A DNA stretch of 64,000 nt from an uncultured delta proteobacterium (GTDB taxonomy: Bacteria; Desulfobacterota; Binatia; Binatales; Binataceae), in assembly GCA_963842085.1 (NCBI GenBank), contig CAWJET010000002.1:608001-672000 (forward strand). Reading direction: 5' to 3'. Of this stretch, positions 18,373 through 27,636 are shown one piece after another. The number at the start of each line of letters is the position of its first letter. Position 1 is the first letter of the stretch. Both the position numbers and the translations under genes were made by a program. The notes under the pieces were generated by a model. That model was not told the DNA's origin and did no database searches. It saw nothing but the letters and a program-made list of their open reading frames with translations.

Positions 18373-18389
18373 GCGCGCTGGCCGCCCCG

Positions 18390-19589
18390 TCAGGGCTCGA
18401 TCCGCGCCACCCGGCGTTTGCCCACTTCGAGCACCTTGTGCTCGCCCGGCACGAAGCGAAAATTCACGTCGGTTACGGTGCGCCCATCCACCCGCACCGC
18501 GCCCTGGCTCACCAGGCGCCGCGCCTCGCTGGTCGAAGGCGTGAACTGTAACTGCTTCATCAGCTCGCAAATCCACAAGTCCTCTGCGATTCGATACACC
18601 TGCGCGCTGGCGGGAATTTCGCGGCGCTGGAACTTGCTCTCGAAGTATTGCTCGGCGCGAGCGGCGGCAGCTTCGCCGTGGTATTCGGCGACGAGCGTGC
18701 GGGCGAGGCGCTTCTTCGCTTCCATAGGATGCAATCCGCCCGACTTGACCGCCGCGATCTCTTCGGGCGTCGCGTTAGTGAGCAGCTCGTAATAACGAAC
18801 CATCAGTTGATCGGGCACCGACATCAGCTTGCCGTACATGTCCTCGGACTTGTCGGTCAGGCCGACGTAGTTTCCGAGCGACTTGGACATTTTGCGCACG
18901 CCGTCGAGGCCTTCGAGCAGCGGCATCGTCATCACCGCTTGCGGTGCCTGTCCGAAGTGTCGTTGCAGCTCGCGGCCGACCAGCATGTTGAACTTCTGAT
19001 CGGTGCCGCCGATCTCGAGGTCGGCTTCCAGCGCGACCGAATCGTAGCCCTGGATCACAGGATAAAGCAGTTCGTGCAGGAACAGCGGCTCCTCGGCCGA
19101 GAGCCGCTGCTCGAAATCGTCGCGCTCGAGCAGGCGGGCGACGCTCACCTTGGCTGCAATCTCGATCAGGCGGCGCACTCCCAATTCATTCATCCACTCG
19201 CTGTTGAAGCGGACCTCGGTCCTTTCGCGATCGAGAATCTTGAAAGCCTGGGTGCGGTAGGTCTCCGCGTTGCGCTCGATCTGCTCGCGCGTCAGCGGCT
19301 TGCGGGTCTCGGAGCGCCCGGTGGGATCGCCGATCATCGCGGTGAAGTCGCCTACCAGGAAAATCACGGTATGGCCCGCATTCTGAAAGTCGCGCAGCTT
19401 CTTGAGCGTCAGGCTGTGACCGAGATGCAAGTCGGGCGCGGTCGGATCCATCCCGAGCTTGATCCTGAGCGGCCGGCCAAGCGTGATCTTCGCGGCAAGT
19501 TCCGCCGGAGAAATAACCTCGACCGTGCCGCGAGCGAGCGCTGCGGCCTGTTCATTCGCCTGACTTTCGTTCACCTTCCGCTTCGCCAA
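18390..19589 (-). CDS. tyrS: Tyrosine--tRNA ligase
   Basis: GMDPTAPDLHLGH (HIGH motif), GGTDQKFN, KMSKS, C-terminal S4 domain. Confidence 0.97.
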   Translation of the reverse strand: MAKRKVNESQANEQAAALARGTVEVISPAELAAKITLGRPLRIKLGMDPTAPDLHLGHSLTLKKLRDFQNAGHTVIFLVGDFTAMIGDPTGRSETRKPLTREQIERNAETYRTQAFKILDRERTEVRFNSEWMNELGVRRLIEIAAKVSVARLLERDDFEQRLSAEEPLFLHELLYPVIQGYDSVALEADLEIGGTDQKFNMLVGRELQRHFGQAPQAVMTMPLLEGLDGVRKMSKSLGNYVGLTDKSEDMYGKLMSVPDQLMVRYYELLTNATPEEIAAVKSGGLHPMEAKKRLARTLVAEYHGEAAAARAEQYFESKFQRREIPASAQVYRIAEDLWICELMKQLQFTPSTSEARRLVSQGAVRVDGRTVTDVNFRFVPGEHKVLEVGKRRVARIEP

Positions 19590-19687
19590 TTCCGTTCGCC
19601 GAAGACTCCGATGGCTCTCAAGCGTACAGGAATTTCGACGGCGCGGAATAGCCCGCCCCCCACTCAGATCGGATTCGCGGGCGCGGA

Positions 19688-20178
19688 TTACCCGCGATTC
19701 GCCGCCCGGCTGCCGTGAAGATGCTCCTGCTTGACAACGGTCCGAATGCGACGGCGCCGTTCGCGCACGCGTTGCAGCCGGCGCACGGGAATCATGCCCA
19801 GGCTGCGCAGACCTCGTTTCGCCACACCCAGTGCGTGCTCGTGGATCATCGCGATCTCACGCAGCCGAAACTGATGGTCCGGGAACTCCAGCCTGCCTGC
19901 CTTGCACACGTGCGCGAAGTCCGCCGATGCACGCCGAAGCCGGTCGGTCCGTAGATCTCGCTGAGCAGCCACAGCGCGATCTCGTCGAGACCGCGCATGC
20001 ACCATCCGATACATTGGTAATCATCGATCGCGTTGGCAGCTACCGTGCATGCGTCCGCCGGCAGTTCGTCCGCCACCAGGCGTCTGGTCCGTCCGCTGTG
20101 AAGCAGTTCGCGCAAGCGGAAATAGAAGCGCAGAGCGTCCTCCGCTCTGCTGAAGCGGGTTTGGTTTTCGTCACACAT
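19688..20178 (-). pseudogene. Hypothetical protein of about 163 aa, apparently split by a 1-nt frameshift near 19918
   Basis: ORF starting at 20178 (…FGVHRRT) continues plausibly in the overlapping frame (FAHVCKAG…ALGVAKRGLRSLG) if one T is restored in act-t(t)c; could be a sequencing error. Confidence 0.5.
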
Positions 20179-20354
20179 GGGCTGCCCCCTACCCTTGGAT
20201 GCAAACTTGTGAGACCGCCACGTCGCGCGTGTCTGACGAGGGACCGGTGTCTCATGCTCTAGCGCGGGGTGCGCAGATCTGTCAACAGAATGATTAGTCT
20301 TTGAGACAACTTGTTATATTTTGGCGCACCGAGTCGGAGTTCGCCCAATGAACC

Positions 20355-21041
20355 CTAGCCGCGTTGATTGTAACGATTCATCGCGGCTTCGAGTCCACGC
20401 TCCGCGATCGCCTCGACTGCATTGGCTGCGCGTTCCAGGAGCGGTGCGAGCGCCTGTCTTTCGGAGGTGGTCATCGGACGGAGCAGGTAGTCCTTGTTCT
20501 CTTCGGTCTTCGGCTGCCGACCGGGTTCCATCTCAGTGGTAAACCCCGGCGGCCGGCCGATTCCGATCCTGATCCGGATAAAATCCGTCGTTCCAAGCGA
20601 CTCCGCGATCGAACGAACGCCGCGGTTGCCGGCATCGCCGCCGCCCTGCTTGATCCTGAGCCGCCCTGCCTCGAGGTCGAGCTCGTCATGCACGACGATC
20701 AGGCGCGCGGGAGCAACTTTGAAATATCCGAGCAGGTCCGAAACGCACTCACCGCTGAGATTGTAATAAGTCTGCGGTTTGACCAGCAGCGCGGGCTTTT
20801 CGGCCAGTGCGACTTCAGCCGTGACGCCTTTGAATCTGCGCCGTCCGAATTCGACGCCTTTCGCTTTTGCGATTCGATCGATCGTCATGAATCCCGCGTT
20901 ATGACGCGAGCGCGAGTATTCCTCGCCGGGATTTCCCAGCCCGGCGACTACCCATTGAATCGATGGGCGCGATTCGGACTCGGATTTCTTGCCGCGGGAC
21001 GAACGGAAACTTCCGAACAGACGCTTGATCGCCGCCATCAA
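20355..21041 (-). CDS. pth: Peptidyl-tRNA hydrolase
   Basis: GLGNPG, SRHNAGF, KPQTYYNLSG, VHDELD, RIRIGIGRP. Confidence 0.95.
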   Translation of the reverse strand: MMAAIKRLFGSFRSSRGKKSESESRPSIQWVVAGLGNPGEEYSRSRHNAGFMTIDRIAKAKGVEFGRRRFKGVTAEVALAEKPALLVKPQTYYNLSGECVSDLLGYFKVAPARLIVVHDELDLEAGRLRIKQGGGDAGNRGVRSIAESLGTTDFIRIRIGIGRPPGFTTEMEPGRQPKTEENKDYLLRPMTTSERQALAPLLERAANAVEAIAERGLEAAMNRYNQRG

Positions 21042-21052
21042 ATTCTACCGGC

Positions 21053-22138
21053 TCACGTATCGATGCGGCGTTTCGATTTCGATGGAGTTGCGCGGACCAG
21101 CGGTGCGAGCGCCTTGAACAGCGCGTCCATCTCGGCACGAGTGCCAATCGAGATTCTGAGAGCGTCCTGAAGCAGCGGTGTCGCGAAATGCCGCACCAGG
21201 ATTCCGGCCCGGCGCAAACCGCGCGTGACCGGCGCCATGTCGCGCCCCGGCATCCGCGCCAGCACGAAGTTCGCCTGCGACGGCGGCACTACGAAGCCGA
21301 GCTTGCGCAGCCGCACCTCGGTCGTGGCGCGCGTGCGGATCACTTTGGCGACATTGCGGCGCATCCAGGCGGAGTCGCGCAGCGCTTCGGCGCCGGCAGC
21401 TAGCGCGACCCGGCTCAAGTTGTACGAATCCTTGACCTTCATCAGCGCGTCGATCACCGGCGGATGCGCAAAGCACAGGCCCAGCCGCATCCCGGCAAGC
21501 GAATAGGACTTCGACAGCGTGCGCAGAACCACGACGTTGCGATGGCGCCGGACCAGGCCGAGTGCATTCTCGGCGGCGAAATCCACGTACGCCTCGTCGA
21601 TCACGAGCAATCGATTGCCCAGGCGTTTCGCCAGCGCGCCGAGGCTGCGGGTGGGCGTCAGCGTACCCGACGGCGAATTGGGACTGCACACTATCGTGAG
21701 ATTGGCGCGCGCCCGGGCGAGCGCGTCGAGTGGCAGCTCAAAGTCGGCGCCGAGCGGGAAGTGGAGGATTCGCGCCTCCTGCACAAGCGCCAGTGTGTCG
21801 TAGAGCGAATAGGTCGGGACCGGATAGGCGACAGTGTCGCCGCTTCCGAGCGTCGCCCGAAAGACCATCGCGAGCAGTTCATCCGAGCCGTTGCCCGCGA
21901 GGATCATGCTTCGCGGTATCGAGTAGATTTTCGCGGCGCTCGCCACGAATTCATCGGCGCGCGGCGCCGGATACAGCCGCAGCGCCGATCCCGCCATCGC
22001 TTTCGCCACGGCGCGGCGCACCCGCGGCGACGGCGGATATGGGTTTTCATTGGTGTTGAGCTTGATCAGGCGCTGGCCCGCACGCGGCTGTTCGCCGGGC
22101 CGATACGGCGCCATCTTTTTGATCGATTCGCGGAACAT
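21053..22138 (-). CDS. hisC: Histidinol-phosphate aminotransferase
   Basis: KLNTNENPY, GNGSDE, SPNSPSG, DEAY, RTLSKSYSLAGMRLG. Confidence 0.93.
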   Translation of the reverse strand: MFRESIKKMAPYRPGEQPRAGQRLIKLNTNENPYPPSPRVRRAVAKAMAGSALRLYPAPRADEFVASAAKIYSIPRSMILAGNGSDELLAMVFRATLGSGDTVAYPVPTYSLYDTLALVQEARILHFPLGADFELPLDALARARANLTIVCSPNSPSGTLTPTRSLGALAKRLGNRLLVIDEAYVDFAAENALGLVRRHRNVVVLRTLSKSYSLAGMRLGLCFAHPPVIDALMKVKDSYNLSRVALAAGAEALRDSAWMRRNVAKVIRTRATTEVRLRKLGFVVPPSQANFVLARMPGRDMAPVTRGLRRAGILVRHFATPLLQDALRISIGTRAEMDALFKALAPLVRATPSKSKRRIDT

Positions 22139-22145
22139 GCGTGAA

Positions 22146-23189
22146 TTATGAATCGAGCGGCAGCTTGATTCGACTGCCGGTACGCGACGAACGATAACAA
22201 GCCTCGATCGCTTCGACCGCGCGCAATCCGTCTATCCCGTCGGGCCAAGGTCTCACCCGGCCTTCAATCGCACCCACGAAGTTTGCGGCGAGTTCCCGCG
22301 ACGGAGCGAGCAGATCGCGCGGCTCGAAACGACTCATCACCTCTTCGCGCGAGAATCCCGGCGCCGGACTGCCGTCGGCTTTCAGGATCGAGATGTCGTT
22401 GCGCGGATAGCCTGCCATCACCCTGCCCTCACTGCCGTAGATCTCGATCGCCGACAGTGGCGGCATGCTGCTCCAACTCGCCTCGACGACGCCGAGCGCG
22501 CCCGACTTGAAATGGATAACCATCGCGCCCGTGTCATCGACTTCGATCTGTTTGGCCAGGATGCCCACCTGTCCGGAGACGGAATCGATCTCACCCATGA
22601 ACCAGATCGCGAGGTCGGCGACATGCACGCCAAGATCGAGCATCGCGCCACCGCCCGCTTCCAAAGCCGTCGTGAACCACGTCTGTCCCGGCGCCCACGC
22701 CTGTGGACCTCCGTGCGAAAGGCGCGCACGGATAAAATTGGGCTTGCCGATTGCTCCGCTGGTAAGGGCGTCCTTGATAGCGCGCTCGACTCCGCCATAG
22801 CGCCGCTGCATCGCGACCATCAGGACCCGCCGCGCCTTCGCCGCTGCATCGACCATCTGCCGCGCGGCAGCGGCGGTAGGCGCCATCGGCTTTTCCACGA
22901 GCACGTGTGCGCCCGCGCTAAGAGCCTTCAGAGTAAACTCGCAATGCAAATAGTTCGGCGTGAAGATTCCGACCGCGTCGGGCCGCTCGCGCGCCAGCAT
23001 TTCGTCGAAATCGGAATAGACGCTCGGCCGGCCTGCGTCGTCCGGCCAAATCGCCCGTGCAACCCGCTCCGCTTTGTCGGCAGTGCGGCTCTGTAGCGCG
23101 ACGATTTGAGCGTCGGTGACACTCCGGAGTGCCGGGATGTGCGCGCGTTCGGCAATCGCACCAGCGCCCGCAATCGCGATCCTGATCAT
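22146..23189 (-). CDS. Gfo/Idh/MocA family oxidoreductase
   Basis: IAIAGAGAIA Rossmann motif, HVLVEKP, GGGAMLDLGVH; ATG at 23189. Confidence 0.92.
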   Translation of the reverse strand: MIRIAIAGAGAIAERAHIPALRSVTDAQIVALQSRTADKAERVARAIWPDDAGRPSVYSDFDEMLARERPDAVGIFTPNYLHCEFTLKALSAGAHVLVEKPMAPTAAAARQMVDAAAKARRVLMVAMQRRYGGVERAIKDALTSGAIGKPNFIRARLSHGGPQAWAPGQTWFTTALEAGGGAMLDLGVHVADLAIWFMGEIDSVSGQVGILAKQIEVDDTGAMVIHFKSGALGVVEASWSSMPPLSAIEIYGSEGRVMAGYPRNDISILKADGSPAPGFSREEVMSRFEPRDLLAPSRELAANFVGAIEGRVRPWPDGIDGLRAVEAIEACYRSSRTGSRIKLPLDS

Positions 23190-23575
23190 CGGGAGCGTCC
23201 AGGTCGGCGTTTCGGCGGATTTCTGATCGCGTGCACGCCAGGCGGCCGGGTCGAATCGAGCAGCCACTGTATGTACGGCGGCGAGCCGCGGTCCGCGTTC
23301 AGCGACAGGACTTCGGGCACCTCGTAGGTATGCATCTCGCGAACGCGCGTCTCCACCTTCATGTAGAGTGTCGCGCGAGTCTTGATAATCAGCAGGTATT
23401 CGCTTTCGTCTTCGACCGCGTCGCGCCATCGATAAATGGATCGCACCGGTCCGACGATATTTACGCAGGCGGCCAGCCTCTCGCCGACCAGCACGCGCGC
23501 GATTGCGAGCGCCTGGTCCTCGCTGGCCGTAGTCACGAGAATCGCCTTCATGCGATGGGGGGTTCGCAGCGGCAT
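23186..23575 (-). CDS. cutA: Divalent-cation tolerance protein CutA
   Basis: ERLAACVNI, SIYRW, HTYEVPEV; start at 23575 or 23551. Confidence 0.92.
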   Translation of the reverse strand: MPLRTPHRMKAILVTTASEDQALAIARVLVGERLAACVNIVGPVRSIYRWRDAVEDESEYLLIIKTRATLYMKVETRVREMHTYEVPEVLSLNADRGSPPYIQWLLDSTRPPGVHAIRNPPKRRPGRSR

Positions 23576-23576
23576 C

Positions 23577-23825
23577 TCAGCCTCGCGGCTCGCGCGCCAG
23601 GCGTTTGCGCAACTCGGCCGGAGTGCATCGATACTTGAACGCCTTGCGGTCGTTAACGAACAGCACCGGCACTTCCAGTCCGAAGCGGGCTTCGAGGCCG
23701 GGGTCACCGTCGATTTCTATTCGCTGGATGCGCGCGTCGAATTTCGGGCCTTCGGCTGCAATTGTCTCTTCCATCTCGCGGCACAACGGGCAGTCGTTTC
23801 GGGTGTAGAGAGTGAGCTCGATCAT
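23577..23825 (-). CDS. Glutaredoxin-like protein (DUF836 type)
   Basis: LTLYTRNDCPLC, EVPVLFVN. Confidence 0.88.
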   Translation of the reverse strand: MIELTLYTRNDCPLCREMEETIAAEGPKFDARIQRIEIDGDPGLEARFGLEVPVLFVNDRKAFKYRCTPAELRKRLAREPRG

Positions 23826-23860
23826 GGATCGGCGGTCGTCCTGCGTCGCATCGAGGTACT

Positions 23861-24571
23861 CTAGCGATCGTGGCGCAGGACTCCAAGCCGCATGAGCACC
23901 GATTCGGTCGCAGGGCACGGCGACGCGTATGCGCGACCACGCGCTCGCGCCAACATTCGCAAATGCGCCGCCAACAGGATTACGTCGGACCATCGATCGA
24001 CGTCGTACCACGCCGGACCCAGCGCGTACCGGATGCCCGCACGCTTCAGACGCTGCACGGTTGAATCGAAGACGCGGCCACTGCCCCAGCGAATCGCGGT
24101 GAAGATCGGAGGCATCGCGCCGCGCACGCCGAGAGCGTAGTAGCCGCCGTCGAGACTCGGCGCAATTACGACGCGGCTGCGCTGAAGTGCGCGCAGGCTG
24201 GCTGCCAGCAGCGCGGTCGGAAGAGAAGGCGTATCGGTGCCGATTAGCAGCGCGCCGTCGGATGAAAACGGCTCGAGCGCCCGCGCCATGCGTCTACCCA
24301 GCGACCCGTCTCCTTGATCGAGCAGGTCGGCGCTGAACTGCCGCGCCATCCGCCGGAAGTATTTGCTGCGCTCGGCGCGGCCCGGAGCACTCACCGCGAT
24401 CACGAGCCGCGCGGGACGAAGTGAGGCTGCCTTGGCCAGCGCGTCGCGAATGAACGCGTCGGACAATGCTGCAGCGGCAGCGGGCGTTATCGCTCCGAGC
24501 AAGCGGGTCTTCGCCTGGTGCGCGACAGGTTCGCGGCAAAATACAATCAGCGCCGGCCGCGTGAGTCTCAC
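23861..24571 (-). CDS. TIGR04282/DUF2064 family glycosyltransferase-like protein
   Basis: AKTRL, QGDGSLGRRM, IGTDTP, PSLDGGYYALG, WYDVD. Confidence 0.85.
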   Translation of the reverse strand: MRLTRPALIVFCREPVAHQAKTRLLGAITPAAAAALSDAFIRDALAKAASLRPARLVIAVSAPGRAERSKYFRRMARQFSADLLDQGDGSLGRRMARALEPFSSDGALLIGTDTPSLPTALLAASLRALQRSRVVIAPSLDGGYYALGVRGAMPPIFTAIRWGSGRVFDSTVQRLKRAGIRYALGPAWYDVDRWSDVILLAAHLRMLARARGRAYASPCPATESVLMRLGVLRHDR

Positions 24572-27500
24572 TTGATCGTGTTCGGACGAATTATGTTTAT
24601 CGGCATGCCGAGCGTTTTCTTGATGAACTCGGTCACGGACGTGATCGGCTGCGGCGTAATCGACGGGTCGCTTACCGGGCCGCTTACGTGGAAGTATGCC
24701 GCCAGGAGTTTACCGGTTCCGGCGCCGATGCGCTCGCCGATCAGCGGGATGTGGTTCAACACCCAATCCACCGTGTCGAACGGGAACATGCCGACCTGCA
24801 TATCGAGCGTGCCCGCGCCGAACTGGACGCTGCCGTCCGCCGTGATATCCATCACCGGACCCTGCAGGACGAAATTATCGGTGTAGAAGAGTCCGCCCTT
24901 GCCCTTGAAATCGGTGATGATTGTTTTGAACGGGACGCCATTGATCCGCGGGTCCGGAATCTGCGCCCTCAGCCAGTTCTTGATGTCGACAAAGCTGAGG
25001 AGGCGCGAAAGCAGCGTGAATTTGTTGAGCGTCCCGTCTCTAACCGTTACGGACATGTCGCCGGCCAGGGTTTCGAAAAAGTTGGTATCGGTGTTGGCCC
25101 ACAGATCGGCGGCAAGAGAAAGATGACCAACCAACGGCGACTGCTTGTTCTTGCCGCTCAGCATGAAGAGCGGCGCCGGGTCCATGTCGGTAGCGCTCCC
25201 CGTCATATGGATCCAGTTGTCGGGAGCGCGGCCGACGAGATCGAGTTTCATTTTTCCGCGATACGCCGTCGCGCCCATGTTATAGACGTGCCAATTGCCG
25301 GCCGGGTCGCGCGTGAAATCGGTTTTGAGGTCGGTCATCTGAAAGGCGGCGAGGTTCCCCTCCCGCGCTTCGATATGGCCGCTGCAAGGAACCGGAAAGT
25401 GGATCGGTGGTGTAGCCGGCGACCACGGCATCCGCACAAAAGTCATCACCTCGAGATCGAGTTTCTGTACGGTAGCGTCAATGCGAATCGTGGGATGCGT
25501 GTAGTCGGGTACGGTGATGCGGAAGTTAATCGCCTGGTTCTCCAGCTTTGAACCCGGCATCGAGAGCACGACCTGCTTGCGATGCATCGTCAGCGTCGCG
25601 CCCTGAACGTAGATGGGCGAGCGCAGGAAATTGAATTTCACATCGCCCTTGGCGAGCGTCAGCTTGCCCTCGGGCGTCATGCCGCCGAGAGTGCTGGGAT
25701 TGCCGTTGACCACGACTTTACCGCCAATGGGGCCGCTGGTTGCGAAGTCGGACGGATCGACCAGCAACGCCAACCACACCTCCGACGGAAAGTCATGAAG
25801 TCCCAGCGTCAGGTCGTGAACAGCGATGCCGGTCGGCTTTAAGAAATTCGCGTAGCCGTCCAGCGTCGCATCGCCGCCCGTCGCTTCCAGCATCAGATGG
25901 TCGAAGTTGATCGAATTCGGATCGATGACGACGGTTCCGCCTGAGACCTTGAGCGGTCCTGGCGAACCCTTGATGTTGACAACGGCGCCGATGGCGTCGG
26001 CGCGGACCTGATAGTCTTTGGGTGCGACCAGTTCCTTGGCGCTCAACTTTCCCGACGCGGTGGCAGCCACTTCGACGCGTCCGCTCAAGTGTTCGAGCCG
26101 ATCGCGTTGCCGCAACTGGAGCAAGTCGAGTTCTCTGGAAATGGCCGGATAGAGTTCGGCAAGGTCCGCGTCGATGCTCACGCTGGTCTTGTACTCCGCG
26201 CCTTCGATTCCGTTGCCGAGGTTGGCGCTGGCTACGAGGTCGTGGACTGCCGAGTTTCCGAATTTCGCGGTACCTTGCGAGACGGTAAGCAATCCCTTCG
26301 AGTAACCAAGCTGCGCGCTTAGATTCTCGACCGGCGGCAGTTTCGTTTCCGCCGGGATTGCGAAAGCGAGGTCCTGCACGGTGCCGCTCACCACCAGGTT
26401 CCTTCGAATCGTATCGAGCGGCGACGTCTTTATCTCGTCGAGCGCGGCGCTGAGCGTAGCACCACCGACGGTGACCTTGCCGCGTCCGAGCCGATTGAGC
26501 ATGTCGGCCAAGTCGGCCGGCAGATGACGCACCGACAGCAGTCGCTGCTTGACGGCGGCCGCGTCGAAGTGAAATCCGCCGAGGTGGATTCCCAACTCCG
26601 GCTTTTCGCTTTGCGGCGCGACCAGCTCCGTCTCGCCCGAGAGCAGCGGCGAGTTGACGCGGCGCAAAACGATCTCAGTGATAGCGTACTTGCCGCCGGT
26701 AATGTCGAAGCCGGCGTGCAGCGAGTATTCGCCCAAATTCGCCGGCGCGGCGAGCCGTGCACTCTTCAGCAGCAGCTTCTGCGCGCCTGCGTCGGCGTCG
26801 CCGGTCAGCGACCCGTCATCATGAAGCGAGAACTTGAGACTCCCCTGGACCGTGCCGGCCAACGTGAAGCCCTCGGCCTCGACTCCTTCCATCGGCACGT
26901 TCCAGCTCCAGAGCTGTCCATGCGCGAACTCGCCGGGCGCCAGACTTTTCCCGGTGCCAAGACTGATCTTCCCGGTCATCTGTGCGCCGGGTACGGGTGA
27001 ACCAAGCAGCGAGCCGCTGAATTCCAGCCGCCACAACTGAGGCTCGAGGTGCGTGCGGTACGCGACAATCCCTAGACGATTGGCAAGCTCGGCGCCGTCG
27101 GCATAGCGCACGGTGGCGTCGATCGTCTCGACCCGCCACGCGATTCGACCCAGCGCATGCAGCACCTCATGCAACGCCGTGATCGTATCCGCGCCCGGAC
27201 GAGGCATCGGGACTGAGGCCGCCTCGGAAGAATTTACCGGCAGGGTGATTTGAGCATTGGTCGCGGTCAGCCGATAGAGCGGAAGCCCGGTGCTGATGAA
27301 AATTGAATGGTACGAGACGAGTGCGCGGATCGACTTCAGCTTGACGATTTCGTGCCCGTTGTCGATCACCCGGGGCTGGTCGAGGACGACTATCAGGTGA
27401 GTGCCGAGATGAACGGAGCTGGCGCGCGGGATGATATCGACGCCGGTGCGGTTGCGGACCGAGGCCAGCACGTAAACCACGATGCGCGACTGGTTGAACG

Positions 27501-27576
27501 CGATCAGCGCCGCCGAACCGCCGATTACAACCGTCAGGATGAGCGCGGAAAGCGCGGCGATTCGGACCAGTCTCAT
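24568..27576 (-). CDS. AsmA/YhdP-like large periplasmic protein
   Basis: 1002 aa; N-terminal TM anchor, beta-rich body, AsmA-like C-terminus (LNHIPLIG…FHVSGPVSDPSI). Confidence 0.8.
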   Translation of the reverse strand: MRLVRIAALSALILTVVIGGSAALIAFNQSRIVVYVLASVRNRTGVDIIPRASSVHLGTHLIVVLDQPRVIDNGHEIVKLKSIRALVSYHSIFISTGLPLYRLTATNAQITLPVNSSEAASVPMPRPGADTITALHEVLHALGRIAWRVETIDATVRYADGAELANRLGIVAYRTHLEPQLWRLEFSGSLLGSPVPGAQMTGKISLGTGKSLAPGEFAHGQLWSWNVPMEGVEAEGFTLAGTVQGSLKFSLHDDGSLTGDADAGAQKLLLKSARLAAPANLGEYSLHAGFDITGGKYAITEIVLRRVNSPLLSGETELVAPQSEKPELGIHLGGFHFDAAAVKQRLLSVRHLPADLADMLNRLGRGKVTVGGATLSAALDEIKTSPLDTIRRNLVVSGTVQDLAFAIPAETKLPPVENLSAQLGYSKGLLTVSQGTAKFGNSAVHDLVASANLGNGIEGAEYKTSVSIDADLAELYPAISRELDLLQLRQRDRLEHLSGRVEVAATASGKLSAKELVAPKDYQVRADAIGAVVNIKGSPGPLKVSGGTVVIDPNSINFDHLMLEATGGDATLDGYANFLKPTGIAVHDLTLGLHDFPSEVWLALLVDPSDFATSGPIGGKVVVNGNPSTLGGMTPEGKLTLAKGDVKFNFLRSPIYVQGATLTMHRKQVVLSMPGSKLENQAINFRITVPDYTHPTIRIDATVQKLDLEVMTFVRMPWSPATPPIHFPVPCSGHIEAREGNLAAFQMTDLKTDFTRDPAGNWHVYNMGATAYRGKMKLDLVGRAPDNWIHMTGSATDMDPAPLFMLSGKNKQSPLVGHLSLAADLWANTDTNFFETLAGDMSVTVRDGTLNKFTLLSRLLSFVDIKNWLRAQIPDPRINGVPFKTIITDFKGKGGLFYTDNFVLQGPVMDITADGSVQFGAGTLDMQVGMFPFDTVDWVLNHIPLIGERIGAGTGKLLAAYFHVSGPVSDPSITPQPITSVTEFIKKTLGMPINIIRPNTIK

Positions 27577-27636
27577 GATTGCCGCGACGCCATCGCCACG
27601 TCCGATGCTGCGCCGTCCGCCTGGCTCACGAAGCGA

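Noticed and set aside
16661-20178. Prophage remnant (XRE regulator plus orphan regulator-like genes)
   Set aside because: No integrase, structural or replication genes; interspersed with tyrS and an enoyl-CoA hydratase of normal composition
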